In this document: positions 50,119-64,000 of the stretch, piece by piece
Layout: every line of letters begins with the position of its first letter
Position numbering within the stretch: position 1 is the first letter of the stretch
Origin: Eledone cirrhosa
Lineage: Eukaryota
Reading direction: 5' to 3'
Length of the DNA: 64,000 nt
Assembly: GCA_964016885.1 (NCBI GenBank)
Contig: OZ024758.1
Coordinates: forward strand, 9,114,001 to 9,178,000
Program-made: the position numbers and the translations under genes
The notes under the pieces: model-generated
Databases searched by the model: none
The model's input: only the letters and a program-made list of their open reading frames with translations
What the model was told of the DNA's origin: nothing

Positions 50119-52098
50119 CTAGCAACTGGGGTCAAGAAACGGCAGAGAAGAGCAACATGGTCACATTACGAAGTAACCTGAAAATGTTGCAGTCTGTTTC
50201 TGGCCCCCCCTCTTCAAAAGGCTGCTTGATAATTTATGATGTCTCTTTTAAAGAGGTCTTCAGGCCAATACTATTATCTATTGCAGACCAAAATTAAAGT
50301 GTAATGGTGCACTTTGCCTGGATGTTGACCCGAGTACTGAAGGCAGCTGTCTTTAATTTCAAAACGTCCTCTATTGAGAGTGCAAAGGTTTACAATAACC
50401 ACAGACTCTGATGAATTTTTACATTACCATGAATTTCTTTTATTCATTTCTTTCATTTCATAGAAGTAAATTAAAAATTTCTAATTTTCATTGTACATAA
50501 ACAGAATTCATACACACTCCTTATTGAATATTTATTTTTGAAACGAAATTCACAGATTTCTATTATTGTTTTGTAATAAATTTAAATATGCTGGAACTTA
50601 CAGGATGAGAATTGATGTTGATTCTATTGTGCTAGTCACACTATTTTCTATTATCACCTAAAAGTTTGTAAATATTGTTTGGTGATATTCCAGCTTTGTA
50701 TGATTTTTTTTTTTTTTTTTTTTTTTGAAAAATGTATTAAACGAATTGTATTAGATTCTTTGAAAGTTGTATTTATTTATTATTGCTGTTGCAAGCTATT
50801 AAATCAGATGTGTGGCAGTTTATGAATGATTCAAATATTGAGCTTCTCAGTTCTACTTTGGTCTAGAACTACATGGTACCAAGCAGCAGTTGGTGGGGAC
50901 CCGGTCAACCCATACAAGTGTAGAATTTGTATAGTTGGAAAGTCTGAGTATAGGTATTACAAAGGTACCCACAACTTGAAAAGATGAAAAATAAAATCTA
51001 ATTGGGATTTCTGTTAAGCATCATAGTTCATCATCCATCTTCCACACTAGCATAGGTAGGACAGGGTTGACCATATTTAGCTCACTTGGGGCAGATTTTG
51101 ACTTGGCTTCTGCAGCTGGATGCACTTCCTAACGCCAACCACATTTACATTGTGCTTTTTTTTTTTTTTTGGTCATGTCACCTACATGACCACATTAGTG
51201 TGGACTGAGCACATTTTGTCGTGTCACCTACACGACCACTTATCAGTATGGACTGGGCGCTTTTGTCTTTGAGGAGGGGTGGAAACTTGGGAACATATGT
51301 AATAGAGGGATGGTTACTGCACAGGTAGATGGTGTTGCCTACTAGATATATGCCTCAGTTCAAGTATATGGGAAGGCGGGTCTTCTGTAGTACTGCATAG
51401 TGCCAGTGGGTAGTGGTGAGGTGTAATTGTGGACGGTCAGCTTTTATTACCTCTTCCTAGTCCTGCCCACTCCATGGCTAGCTTCAACTTTTTATACAGC
51501 TGTCATTCTTCATATACATCACATGTCCATACCAACACTATTTCCACTCCTGCACGCAACAACTGATCCCTCTTAGGCCTAATTTCTCATGCAGTGCATT
51601 TATATTGCTTCTGCACATCCAACAAAGCTTGGAGGCTTTGTTTAATCATTGCTGTTCGTAGCAGGCCAGAATGGTCATCCTGTCAAAGACACCTTGATAA
51701 AATGGGAACATGTGGGTGCTTGGATGTGAGCGAGATGCAGGTCTCTGGCCCATCTGATGCGTGTAACTCCACCTGAAAACTGACATGCTAAATAATAGGT
51801 TTTATTGTTTTGACAGTTTCAGCTCACCTTTGGCTGAAGTCCAACAATTACTATACATACATAAGCATTTTCATATTTAGGAAGTTAATTTGGTAGTGTA
51901 AAACCTGTTTAACCCTTTACCATTTAAACTGGCTATAATTCTCTCGCCTCTTTCTGTTCAAATTAGCTGTATCCAGCCCAGCATACTGATGTTAACGTAT
52001 TGTTCTCAAAATCTGATTCAATATTATGTAAGATAAAGCCTCTACCACAAAAATACAATAGTATATATAAAGTAATGTAAAACAGTAAGGTGTTAATG

Positions 52099-52250
52099 CA
52101 GCGATTCTCAACCAGTGTGCTGCAAAATTTATTTTCGCCATGTTTTTATTTTGTAAAATTCAAATATTCTTCATATATTTAGCCAGGTGTACCTCTATCT
52201 TTAAAAAAAATTTTTAAAAAAAATAAAAAAAAAAAAGTTGAGAACCACTG
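52099..52250. mobile_element. hAT MITE
   Basis: CAGCGATTCTCAAC / GTTGAGAACCACTG TIRs; 8-bp TSD TGTTAATG / GGTTAATG. Confidence 0.8.
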
Positions 52251-53719
52251 GGTTAATGGGTTTAGAGTTTATTTATTTTTACACATTTATAAATAGCAAT
52301 GTTTTGTTCCTCTGAACGATAAAAATTCAACCAAATTTGTAAAGAATCTGAGGCTTAGATTAAGCAACAATTGCAGCAGATACTCTGAAAGTGAATTGAC
52401 TTTATGAAGCTTCTTTTATCAAAATGTATTGTCAATTGCTGGGAGCTCAAGATTTAAAAATGGTATTGCAGTTTGTCTACATTTTGAAAATAGACCTATA
52501 TGAATATCAAAACCAAACAAGGAGGTTGTCACTGCTTAGAAAATCTTTGTCCTGAGCAGTAGCACTACATATGGTGCCTGCCCTTCTCTCCTTGGAGAAA
52601 AGAATGGGTGCCACCAGGTTTAAAAATGCCCTAGAAACTCTATACATGCACAATGTCATTGGCCTAGCTGAAAAGGCAGTGATGAAAGATAAAACAACTG
52701 GAGTTAAGTAACCTAGCATTGTTTTAATTTATGTCAGATGCAGAATATAATTTGGAATGGATATTTTAATTGTGATAAGTTCATCTGGGCTCCAAACCTT
52801 TCTAACTGCAGTTCATTTTTTTGGGGAAAAAAAAAAAAAAAAAAAAAAGTAGGATGAAGCCTTTTAAATTTGTTTGGTTATAATGGAGATCAATCTCGTT
52901 TCCAGCATTTGACAATACAGTAAATTAGTTGAATACCTCAAGACCCTTCACATATATTCATAAGGGGGCCCGATATAAGTTGGGACAGTTGTTTACTTGG
53001 TACTAAAGTCAGTATATAAAACATTGTATAGAATCAGTTTGTAAATTAACCCATCAGCATTTAAACCAGAATTCTCACCTCTTTCTGTTCAAACTAACCA
53101 TAACTGGCCGTCCATACTGATGTTAAGATATTGCTCTAAAATAAATAACATCAAAATCTGATTCAATATTTTGTGAGATAATTATGTAAGATAAAGCCTT
53201 TACTCTATATTTACTATTGTATTTGTGGTAATGTAAATGTTAAAGAGTTAAGGTAAATTTTCCAATGCAAGAGAGTTAAAGTGGTAACAAAGCAAAAGGT
53301 TTCATTGTAATATAATTTAAATTTTCTTCGAAATGCAAATTGATTCTTCAGGAAAGCTGAAGAATAAGTATTATTTTACGACTTAAATAAAAAAAAAAGT
53401 TACAAATCAAACACCAGAATGGAGTAATATTTAAAAAAAAAGTGCTGTGAACTGTAGCATTCATATTTATAACTTATTGAAACAGTTGAAGAATTTGTCC
53501 ACCACAGTCACAGAAACATCTGAAACTATTAATAAGCATTCATGAGAGCAGTCATTTGTGTAACACCAATACAAAGTCTAATTCAACTAATTGTTTTTAT
53601 TTCTTTATTCTGAATGATGTAGATTTTTAATACACTAGAAGAGTTATGGAGTATGCAAACGTGAAGGTAATCACATGAGAGAAAATAAAGAATATACTTT
53701 CCCTACCAAACAGTAAGGT

Positions 53720-53761
<42 letters not shown>

Positions 53762-54657
53762 CATGTGTATACTTATATGTATATACATATTTATATATAT
53801 GCATATAAATTTATATATACATGTGTATGTCTGTATATATTTATATAAATATATATATATAATATACAAAAAACACACAACTAACAACACCAGGAATGAA
53901 ATTGCCTTTTAAAAGTATTTCCTAAAACCAGACAGACTTTTGGAATAGATAAAGACAAAACAGTATCAACAAATTAACAATACAATGTTAGTGTAGATGT
54001 TAAAATAAAAAGCTGAACACATGTAATAGTTTTTTTCCTAAATGTAAATAAGATGTAAACCTAAAATCCATAGGGAAGTTTGCCGTTGAGTTTTGATTAA
54101 AAACTGAATATACAGTCTGTAAATGTAGGTTAAGAACAGTCCTTTCTGAGCAGAGAAGAAATTGTATAAAACTCTCTCAGGAAAATTAAAGAATAAAAAT
54201 TAATTAGAGGAAATTCTTAATCTGAATCTGGTTTTATTTTATTAGTTTCATGAGTTTTCCAAAGTTAGATAAAAGAATCAAGCTATTGCAAATATAGCTG
54301 TGGAATATTTCACATTTACAGAAGGGCTGCCTCACAACCTCAGACAGAATAAAAGCTTCTAAAGACAGAATTTAGAAAAAGCATGAATGTTCTATTTGCA
54401 AGTCTAGTTATGATTTTATTTTTAAGTTTTATTAAAATTGATTATCACTATAACAATCAAAAGAGGTAAATATGTCTTTATTTTGGTATGTAAGCTTGTT
54501 TGTTCATGTATGTGTGTGCATGCGTGTTGTTTTGTAAACAATGCTCCTGTGAACATAGTCCACCGGATGCAGAGTGGAAAGTTACGCTCATGGAGACATC
54601 CAAGATGGCGTTGTAATTAGTGTCTGAAAAAGATACACATACAATAGAAAGTGCTTG

Positions 54658-55858
54658 TTAATCAATTGGTCTCTTTTCTCCATATTTCTTAGTATATTCT
54701 TCAGCATTCCTAAAGAACTTTTTCCTATCTTTAGTAAATTCTTCTGCTAAATCAGCTCGAAGAGGGTGCTCTGGCTCTGGGTCATTAATCAACTGTGCCA
54801 ATGCAGCTATAACTACAAAAGAAGTAAAGAGTATTTAATTCCAGATAAACACAAGATTATATAAACTCAGACCCCAACTGGCCACAGCCAAGATTATATA
54901 AACTCAGACCCCAACTGGCCACAGCCAAGATTATATAAACTCAGACCCCAACTGGCCACAGCCAAGATTATATAAAGTCAGACCCCAACTGGCCACAACC
55001 AAGATTATATAAACTCAGACCCCAACTGACTACAACCAAGATTATATAAAGTCAGACCCCAACTGACTACAACCAAGATTATATAAAGTCAGACCCCAAC
55101 TGACTACAACCAAGATTATATAAACTCAGACCCCAATTGTTGGAATGCGACCGGATCAGTTTATGCAGTTGTCATGGCGTGCAGTGCACTTTGGTGGTGT
55201 CATCTTTCAATATCTGAACCGTTTTTTTTTTTTTTTTTTGAGAAACATTTTGAACTCCTTAGAAGTGTCATTTTTTACACTAAGAAAAAACTGAAATCCA
55301 CTTTCTATGAAAGAAAAATTCTGTCAGAATTATTAAACGATGAGAAATTTTCATCGTAGTTGGAATTAAGTAAAAAAATGCAATTAAAGGCTAGTCATCA
55401 TCCCCCATGTGAGGCAATATTGGTTGTCTTGCTCAGGACTGGCGGGTTTTCTACGGCTGGATGCCCTTCCTAACACCAACCACGTTTAATGTGGTGACAT
55501 CACTACCTATTACTATTCAACTGCTTTCATTGCTACATTCTTCAGCAGCTACAGAAAGAGTTTTTTCCCCTTCTCAACAACATAAAAACACCTCTTGTGC
55601 CCAGGCCAATTCTTTCTTTTCAGTTCTTTTGGCTACTGTGTACTTCTGATAAGCTGCCTCTTAACTTTTGTATCTCTTTCTTTTTTCAACATCCTATCAC
55701 CTATTTCCAAATGCCTTGGCAGCCCTCTTGTTCATCCAATCACATCACTAACAGCTTCTAACAAATCATCTTTCAGAGATGCTCATATACTTTCATTATA
55801 TTCAGTTTGAATCATTCTCACTGTCATCTCTTAACCTCCACACCTTGGGTGATATTTC

Positions 55859-55897
<39 letters not shown>

Positions 55898-56489
55898 AGT
55901 CAGGACCCAATGGCTGAGCTCTTGCCATTTCAACAGCTAGTTTCAGCCTAGAACTAGCTGTTGAAACACCAGGATCTCAGCCATCGGGTCTCGACTTTTT
56001 ATAATATAGCCATACTTTACTACCTACCCTAAATATTGAGTACTCGGGTAATGGTCTATCTAGTTTTATAAAAAATTGTAACTCCTTCCAAATAACTAAG
56101 ATTTTTCAATAGAGCTTAGAATTTGTGAACAGGTTACCTTGGTCCATTTTTGTAGCTGGTTTCCAATTCTCTGCACTGATAATTGGCAGGCATACCTGTC
56201 CTTTCTCATCAACATTAGGATGATAAATCTTGGTTTTGAACGTAATTCGTGGTGGCTTGAAAGGATATTCAGCTGGGAAGTCTATCGATATTCTAAAAGC
56301 TCCTTTATTATAGGGAGGAGCATCCTGCAAGATAAAACAATTTCTTATTTGGGAACATGGTTTTAAAAAAAGGGCAGAGCATAAAATAAGCAGCCTGGTA
56401 CAACTGTTCTTTTTTGTTACTCCACATCCATAACTAATAGTAGCACCAAGTCATATTTTAGGAGACTCATTCATCTAATATATCCAGTA

Positions 56490-56520
<31 letters not shown>

Positions 56521-57535
56521 GAGGAATAAGGCAAGTAATTTGAATTATAGATATAAATATGAAACTGATACTGTAAAGCATTTAGCCCTACATCTCACTA
56601 TTCCATCACTACAATCACCTTAATTAGAGAGGAAAAAAAAATGACAATACTTAATCTAGAAAGAATTTTTAATTCTGGACCTATAATGTGTTTACAATCT
56701 AATTAATACATTATCTTGGTTATAATGTTGCTGGGTCAAGTTGAAAATACAATTTCTTGAGTATCATATTTTGCTCAGATCTTTTAAAAGTTTAATTAAG
56801 AGCAGAATTAAATGTTTCACATATAGGAGAAAGGAATCTACTCAGTGTTGGGTCATAGAAGAATGAGTTTGGCAAGAAGTGTAGGGGTCAATAGGGAACA
56901 AATAATGCTGGCAACGAGATGGAAAAAGTTGACAACGCATGAGAACGAATTAGCTAATTATTTTACTTGAGTAATATTTCTAGAATTATTTAGTATGTAA
57001 GGACCACAAGACGAAATATGCCTTAGTTCTTGTACATATTTTGCTACACTGAATCGAGTTATTGGGGACAATATTCTAATATCACTGCTTTTATATCATG
57101 TATCATATTTAACTCTTGTTACCTCTTTATCCAACACCACTTCTTGAGCACTGTAACCTACAGGGTGATCAGTTTTGTACAGACATGTGCGAGTGTTATT
57201 GATTTCTACAGTGGCTTATTGAAATTCAAGTTAAGAAATCCTGTTATCTCTAAGAAACAAACAATGTCTTTGAAATAAATTCATGCAGAACTACAATTCA
57301 CATTCAACAAAGCTGTCACTAACCTAGTTCTTTGTTAAATATTTCGTCAACCATCGGGTTACAATTGAAAAAGGAAATGTCTTCACACACGCATACACAG
57401 CCTTATTAAACATTTTAGAAGAAAAATAAGATAACTTACAGGCACTATTAGGCAGTTCCAAAGAAGTAAATTATTTGTGTCAACAATAATGTCACTAAAT
57501 AATTTCTCTTTGTCACCTTTCAAATCACACAGTTC
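54658..57535 (-). CDS. UBE2L3: Ubiquitin-conjugating enzyme E2 L3 (UbcH7), exons 2-4; exon 1 not found in the window
   Basis: Exons complement(join 57535..57440, 56324..56138, 54812..54658). [38 protein letters not shown] (catalytic Cys), [31 protein letters not shown]. Confidence 0.95.
54852..55136. repeat. 37-bp minisatellite, ~7.7 copies
   Basis: CAAGATTATATAAACTCAGACCCCAACTGGCCACAGC. Confidence 0.95.
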
Positions 57536-58699
57536 CTAGAAGAAAAAAAAAAAAGATTTACATTCAAAGGGAGAAAAATTTTTTGATAGGAGAATTCAAT
57601 CTTTCTCCAACTAAAAGTCTCTGTTCAATGTATGAAAGAAGCAAACCACAAATCATACCAATAGATAAAATAATATTCTTTAAACACTTGTCATTATTAA
57701 CAGAAGTCATCAAAATAATCATAAACATCTAGATTTTTAAAGTACTTTTTAAAATCCATTTTAATGTGCTGACAGTTTTTTACAACTGTTTTTTTTAGTT
57801 CTCAATGTTAAATACTGAAATAAAAAAAAACATTTTCAAGAATTTGATTGCTTTGAGTAACCAAGTAATTGACTCTGTGGTACACCACCCTGCCCACAAA
57901 AATGAATTGAATTAAAAAAAAAAAAAAAAGACCATGCAAGAGTTGTATAAAAAAAGTGCCAAATGTTTAATTGAAGTGGATAGAACCTTTAGGAAATCAA
58001 TGAAGACAATGGGACAGAGTTGTGAAGAATGAACTCAAGAAACTGCATCTCAAAGACGATACAGGAGGACTGAGCTGACAAGCAATATGCCATAATAGAA
58101 AAGACCTATCCACCAGTACAAGTCGAAGCTACACTTGATAATCCAGCAGGAGACAATATTGAATTTGTGAGGTCTCTTCAGTCTAGCTGGGTATGAAAAA
58201 GCCTCTAGTCCTGAGGCTGTGATAAAAAAAATCCACAGAACATATGAACAAAATGAAGTCATTCTGACCCATCTGGTCATGGACAATGGAAAGCTATGTA
58301 AAATGAGGATTGTAAAATTCTGGAAATTGCTTATGTAGACAATCTAAGCAAGACAATAGGGTTATGGCACGTCAGCCTTTTTATTTTTTTAAAAGGGGGT
58401 TAATGTTTTAAAATAGAGACAGGAAAATACATTGCAGCAGAGGAACACATGCACTAGTGCACTGCATTAGAAAATTACATGCAATGTAAATTTTAATTGC
58501 ACACAAGCTGGCAGTGAAAGTGTAAACATTTTATAGCAATACTAGTGATGTTGTGCACTGAATGCATTCTCATTTCTGGATTAAATTTTCAATAAAATTC
58601 TAATAATTTCTGCTCTATGTCTTATAAAGATTGTAAAACAAACTTCTTAGCTAACAAATCTAGTTTACTAAATATTTGAGCTGTATTATCTTATTGCTA

Positions 58700-60500
58700 A
58701 AGTCACTCAAACTAGAAACTGTAAGTGTGTAATGGTAAATGACGGTAGTGTCAGCAGTCTGTTAACTTCTTGGCGCAATGTCAGGTTTTCTAGAATGTTC
58801 ACCTTCTTTAACAATGTTGCCTTTGCTCATATGTTCATATAAATAGGATATTTGAATTCTTGTTCCATATTTAAATTTTACAATAGCTTTACACCAAACT
58901 CCTTTTGTGTATGTTGAGATTCTTGAATTACATGTTTTTCATTTTAACTGATTTGCTGTTTTTACATAAAATTTTGATGGAAGGTTTTCAAATATAAACA
59001 CTTTAAAACAGCTTTGTGTTATAGAATCCAGGACAGTTTTGTATCAAAGGGTTACAATTCAGCTGGTAGAATGTTAAAGCTGTTCTAAGGAGGTCAGTGA
59101 GGTGGTTGTTATTGAGCATGATAGCACAATGTTTATTGGCTTGACAAACACAGAAATTCCCAGGAGTAAGTTGTCCAAAAAACAGGAGATAGAAGCCCGT
59201 TTTCTGGAAATTTGAGAACTTTATGTCTGGGATATGTTTCTAAATGTCAATTAGAAATTAACTTTTATATACCAACTTCAAACCTACACTCTGCAGCTCA
59301 TGTTTCTATCAAAGCAAAAGCAGCAGTAACAAGACATCGTTTGACAAAGAACTTTGAAACAGCTTTAGCTTCTTTACTTTCCCACACCTGCTCTCAAAAT
59401 CCTGATAAAGTCTTTTTAATTTACTGATATAAACACCAGGAAAAATATTCTCAATTTTAGGATGGGCAACTGGTCAAGTTTCTTTGTTACCAAATCTTTA
59501 TGAAGAATCTATTATGAAAACTTAAATGTCTGTGCAAGTTCTACAACTGAAGTATCAAATATGTTAAGTGTTGTATTCAAGCACACAGCTGGTTCAATGA
59601 GATCAAACAAGGTGAAAGTTAATCTGATTGGCCATGAAGCCATTGTTTGGATACCATGTAACCAGATGTTTTTTTGGACTGTTTAAATGAGGTGTTTGAT
59701 ATCAACTAATTCACTATAGCAATCACTGAGGATGTTTATTGCTAATATTTTCTCTGTGACAATGAACAGATAGATATCTTGATGACAATACAGGGTTACC
59801 AATCTTGTAATGGTGTTGAAATGGACAGCAACACTGATCAGATCATATTCTGGTACAAGCAAAAATTCACATGCATTTCAAAGTTAATAAATAAACCATC
59901 TAAGAGATCTCCAAAAATGATTTGCAAAACTGAAATGCAGTGATACCAATACATGTTCAATGTATGTTTTCAATTTGAATTACCGAACTGTTTCAATTGC
60001 CTGAACAGAACTGAATCCATAGAAGTAAATAAGTGGTACAACCTCAAAAACTACAAAGGTTTACAAAGCATTACTGAAAAGACTAGATCTCAGGCTATGC
60101 AATAGAACTTGCCAAGAGGGCCATTTACACCAGAAACAGTGTAGCCACTAATCATCAGCTTCTCAGAAAGCAAACGGGCCACACTGTTCACGTAAAATTC
60201 AACAAATACTGTTGCACCATTGCTCTAGACATGAAACAAGAAGCTTCTGTCAGTAATTCGCAAAAGATTTACCAACTTCTAAAATTAACCACCCACAAAT
60301 AAAACCATCCTTGATACCTAAGGCTCAGTTATCTCAAACCTAGATGTGCATCTCAGACCAAATCTTGCCTTTCTTTTGAGGTTGCTAAAGTACCTCTATA
60401 TCTATTTTTCACTTTCTTCGCTGGAAGAATCCAACTGTGTTTAGAGCTGGAGATGGGATGGATTCCACCAGGTTTAAAATGCCCAAGACAATCACTACAA
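58700..60500 (-). mobile_element. Old CR1/L2-like LINE remnant
   Basis: Degenerate WYPNNGFMAN-type RT motif near 59660-59630; heavily decayed, limits approximate. Confidence 0.35.
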
Positions 60501-60918
60501 CACCCCTATCAACTCCAAGAGTTTACAGGTCCATACATACAATGACTAATTTAACGTTCTAATTTCCTAAATATTTTACAACACCTCAAAAACATACAAA
60601 CCTCTTGACCATATGCAGCACAATTGTTGTTTGTGACAGTTAATCTCCGACTCGTGTAAATAACCGGAATATATGAATCGACGGCGTACTACCTAATATC
60701 ATCACCTTTATTTTACGCCTTTTTTCATGCAGGCATGGGTTAAATGGGCTTTTATAAACCAAGCCAGTACTTAATCAGAGCTATTGTTCTAAACAAGGTG
60801 GGTGGATGGGTAGTTGCTTCAGTAGTACTTCTCAGCATTAAGCTGAACTGTATTTCATCTAGCTTAATTCTGTTCCTAATCAGTTGCGCTATAACTCAAT
60901 AATTTTCAGGAGCTAGAC

Positions 60919-61170
60919 CAGGCATGGGCAACTTTTTGAGAAGCGGGTCGCAAACGCTAATTTTCATTCGTGCCTACACTAAAAAAAAAGGTTGGTAACT
61001 CTCAGGTTTTTTATGTTTCTTCAGAATTCGTACATGTTTTCTTCGATCGTAAAAATGATAGGAAAATAAATTACAACTGAAAATTTGGAGTAAAAAAAAA
61101 AAAAATCAGAAAGATTTCACTTAGGCGAGCCATTCAGAAATCTTTGCGGGCCACATGTTGCCCATGACTG
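60919..61170. mobile_element. hAT (Charlie-like) MITE
   Basis: CAGGCATGGGCAAC / GTTGCCCATGACTG TIRs; degenerate 8-bp TSD AGCTAGAC / ACCTAGAT. Confidence 0.8.
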
Positions 61171-61199
61171 ACCTAGATCATCAACTTGATGTCTCTAGA

Positions 61200-61760
61200 T
61201 ACATCTTTGCCCTTGTACCATTTGATGATACTGCTGTACCCATCATTCTGCATAACACCATTTTGCAAATTGATTAGGCGTGTGATTAGCCTGTACCCTA
61301 CTATACCAGATATTCTTAACATCTGAGCAACTATGATCCAGCTGCCTTCCTTACTTTCATATTTTTAACCACCGTCTACTATACTGCAATCATCTTTGGG
61401 TTGACTTGAAGTAGGCCTGTCTCTTTGTTCAAAAATCTCTCTTAACAGCACTTCCATGCCTTTTTTTTGCATCAGTGGAGCCAAGTGTACCACTATCATT
61501 TTGTACACGCTTTCCCTAACATTTTTTCCAGCAGCCTCACAATATAGAACATCTGATATTCTCATTGCAGAACATGTACAAACTTCATATTTTCCATACA
61601 AGTACTTGTGTTGGTGTTCATCTGGGGTGGGTTGAGCCAGTGTTACTACAGATGATTTCATCTTATAGGCAGTGGAGTCCTTGACTAAATCAAAAGGGAG
61701 TTTGAGTAGTTGTTGGAAGGACAAAATTTGTTTGGCACAAAATCCAAAGTCAATCATGAA
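61200..61760 (-). mobile_element. RTE-like LINE RT remnant
   Basis: DFGFCA..QILS..DLVKDS-type RT motifs in ORF 61365..61757. Confidence 0.4.
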
Positions 61761-61912
61761 GGATTTGACAAAGGCAAAACTAATAAAAAAAAAAAAAAAA
61801 TTCCAACTAGCATAGATCTGCCATTTTTATTGATATCTTGTGGCTGGAGTGAGTGAGTGCTCAGTGAATTTCTGTGGCCAGCTGTATCTCTGACCAAGAC
61901 CAGAACCACCCT

Positions 61913-62098
61913 TTAACCCTTTAGCATTCGCATTAATTTTCAAACGTCATGCTTATCTGTTCGCACGCCGAGGTTAACTTTGCCTTTCATCCTTACGGGG
62001 GTCGATAAAATAAAGTACCAGTAATGTACTGGGTAATTGCTGGCCTTGTGCCAAAAGTAGAAACAATTATTTTCAGTTAATCATACTCAAGAGGGTTA
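61913..62098. mobile_element. piggyBac-like MITE containing a SINE (61966-62070, +)
   Basis: TTAACCCTTTAGCATT start, AGAGGGTTA end; internal SINE 3' half. Confidence 0.7.
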
Positions 62099-64000
62099 TC
62101 AATTTTATTTGTTTGTAATTTTCTTAATTTTCTATGTGCAGGCTTGAAATTTTGTCAGATGTTTAAATATCAATCAATATTCTACAATTATATAATTTTA
62201 CCTGATTTTTTGGGGTCAAATTTAACTTTTATGGGCAGGTGAAATTAATTAATAGGGGCATTTGAAGTATCAACGAAGTGCAAATACTGGTTTAATTTTA
62301 AATACATTGTTTTCAGCATAATACTTGATATACAAGAATCACTAAACCTTATATTAGTGTTCCAGTAATTCCAGTCTTGGAAATTGTTTTATACAAAACA
62401 TAATATTTACGGTAAAAAATGCTTGCATTTCCACAGCATCTGTCGGTCGCCAAACAGATCGGGTTTTCCTCGATTTGAAACCCGTTGGGCATATCGATTA
62501 ATTTCTTTTGCCACAACTTCGAACAAAGTTTGTGGTAAAAACAAAAAGAAATAATCCAGTGCTTTAACATCAGGAGCTAATGTGTGTTGTGGACAGGTTG
62601 GTTTCTGGTAGGATGATTATACAAAACACAAAATAGATATTAAGTAATAAATCACAATTTGACAATCCAATATCTTATCCAACAGTCTACACAGTTGACT
62701 ATTATCTATATATTATTCACATTGAGAAGGATTCAATATTTATTTAACATCCGCTATTGCTGTTGGCAAGGGTTGAACAAGAGGTCAGACCTCAGATGGA
62801 TCAGGAATATATGTTATTGTGAGACCAGTACCAGGATGGTTGTCATGTCTGAAGAGTCCTTTGACTAAATTCCTTCCATGATTACAATCAAACAGTTAAA
62901 ATTAGAAGCAGGATTAAAAAACTAGAGACTAATCTTCCAAGAGGTTCAGTTAATTTCAAATAAAAAAGTTAAATACTAAATTTAATTGCTGCTTTGAAAA
63001 ATATGATCTGACAAAACTACTTAAGAACATCAAGATAATAAACACAAATTAAGGAAAAAGAAATTTGATAAGGCAGTGTAAGAGACTAAGAAACATGCAA
63101 AAAGAATCTTTGAAATATGAGTAACTGTTGGAAAAAGCTAGAATTCAGTTAAAACTGATGACATTAATTTGGAGTACTATAGCAGAACTTATGTAAGAAA
63201 ACCAAGAAACTGTCCAGTAACAAAACCATGACCTAAGGTACAGTTATAACAATCTAAAGGATTCATTAATCCATAAAGACAATTGGTATCAGAATTATTC
63301 TTATTGGTGGTGCATTGCTCAACTGAGCATATTTTTTGCATTCTTTTCTTTTATCCATTTTCTGACCACATTCCTAACAAGACTTACACATTGAAATCAC
63401 ATACCTCATATGATATTTCAGATCAAGATTTGAAATTTACACTCTAACCAGTGTGAATGCAGAACACTTCAATAAATGATTTTAGTAAAGTAATTTAAAA
63501 CTTGTCAGACACCTGGAATAAAGTTAAAATTATACATATGGTAAATTTATAAATTACTTATCACAAAATAATTTTTCTCTTGTGTTAATATGTATAGTCA
63601 ATTTCACCTATCATTTTAAATACTTTCTGTTATCCAAATTTTTATATTTGTACAAGGATAATTTTTGCAAGTTTATATCTTGAGAGAAGTATAACTGAAT
63701 GTTCACCTTATAGCTTACCACTCGGCCATGTAATAAGGATGGAACCTTTTGTCAGACAAGCAGTATGTTGTTTTGTCTCGTAGCATAACAAAATGGTTGT
63801 TGCAAGGTTTGGCATAACCCATATTTCTGATGAGATTTTTGAAAATAAAATATTCTGAGGTAAAATTATGATGGGCATTTCAATTTAAACAAGCATCTTA
63901 AAACGGGGTTGGGGTGGGGGTGTTCTGTACCATGAAACTCGAGGCAGTTTGGTATCAAAATCGTTAAAGAATGTGGTTAGTAGTTTACACCAGCATATTA

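Noticed and set aside
62841-62882. CTGAAGA-GTC-CTTT-GAC-TAAA hammerhead-like motif
   Set aside because: GAAA core broken, stems marginal, and it lies in an RTE-tail repeat.
63713-63729. ATGGCCGAGTG|GTAAG on the minus strand as UBE2L3 exon 1
   Set aside because: 11 nt, phase 2, incompatible with the phase-0 exon 2, and does not encode MAASRRL-like sequence.
63820-63853. CTGATGA..GAAA hammerhead-like motif
   Set aside because: Only GATTTTT between the cores, so no stem II, and no proper stem III.

Overview
AT-rich, repeat-dense animal genomic DNA, most likely a coleoid cephalopod (Octopus-like), inferred from the SINE/LINE families and microsatellite load. Four intron-containing genes can be rebuilt by hand with consistent splice phases: the 3' part of MNT (+), complete Derlin-2 (-), complete SUDS3/SDS3 (+, divergent from Derlin-2), and UBE2L3 without its first exon (-). 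Derlin-2 and SUDS3 each need a minor-spliceosome (U12) intron, one GT-AG and one AT-AC. The most unusual signal is a set of (TA)n-embedded intronic elements carrying minimal type I hammerhead ribozymes. Their stem II sequences are unrelated but pair identically, including a shared C-C mismatch, and one element is a ~185-bp near-perfect fold-back with a ribozyme on each strand. The window also holds a Penelope-like RT remnant, about 14 tRNA-derived SINE copies, RTE/CR1 LINE remnants, hAT/mariner/piggyBac MITEs, a Helitron and several minisatellites. Most ORFs in the supplied track are repeat artefacts. All family assignments come from recalled motifs, not database searches.
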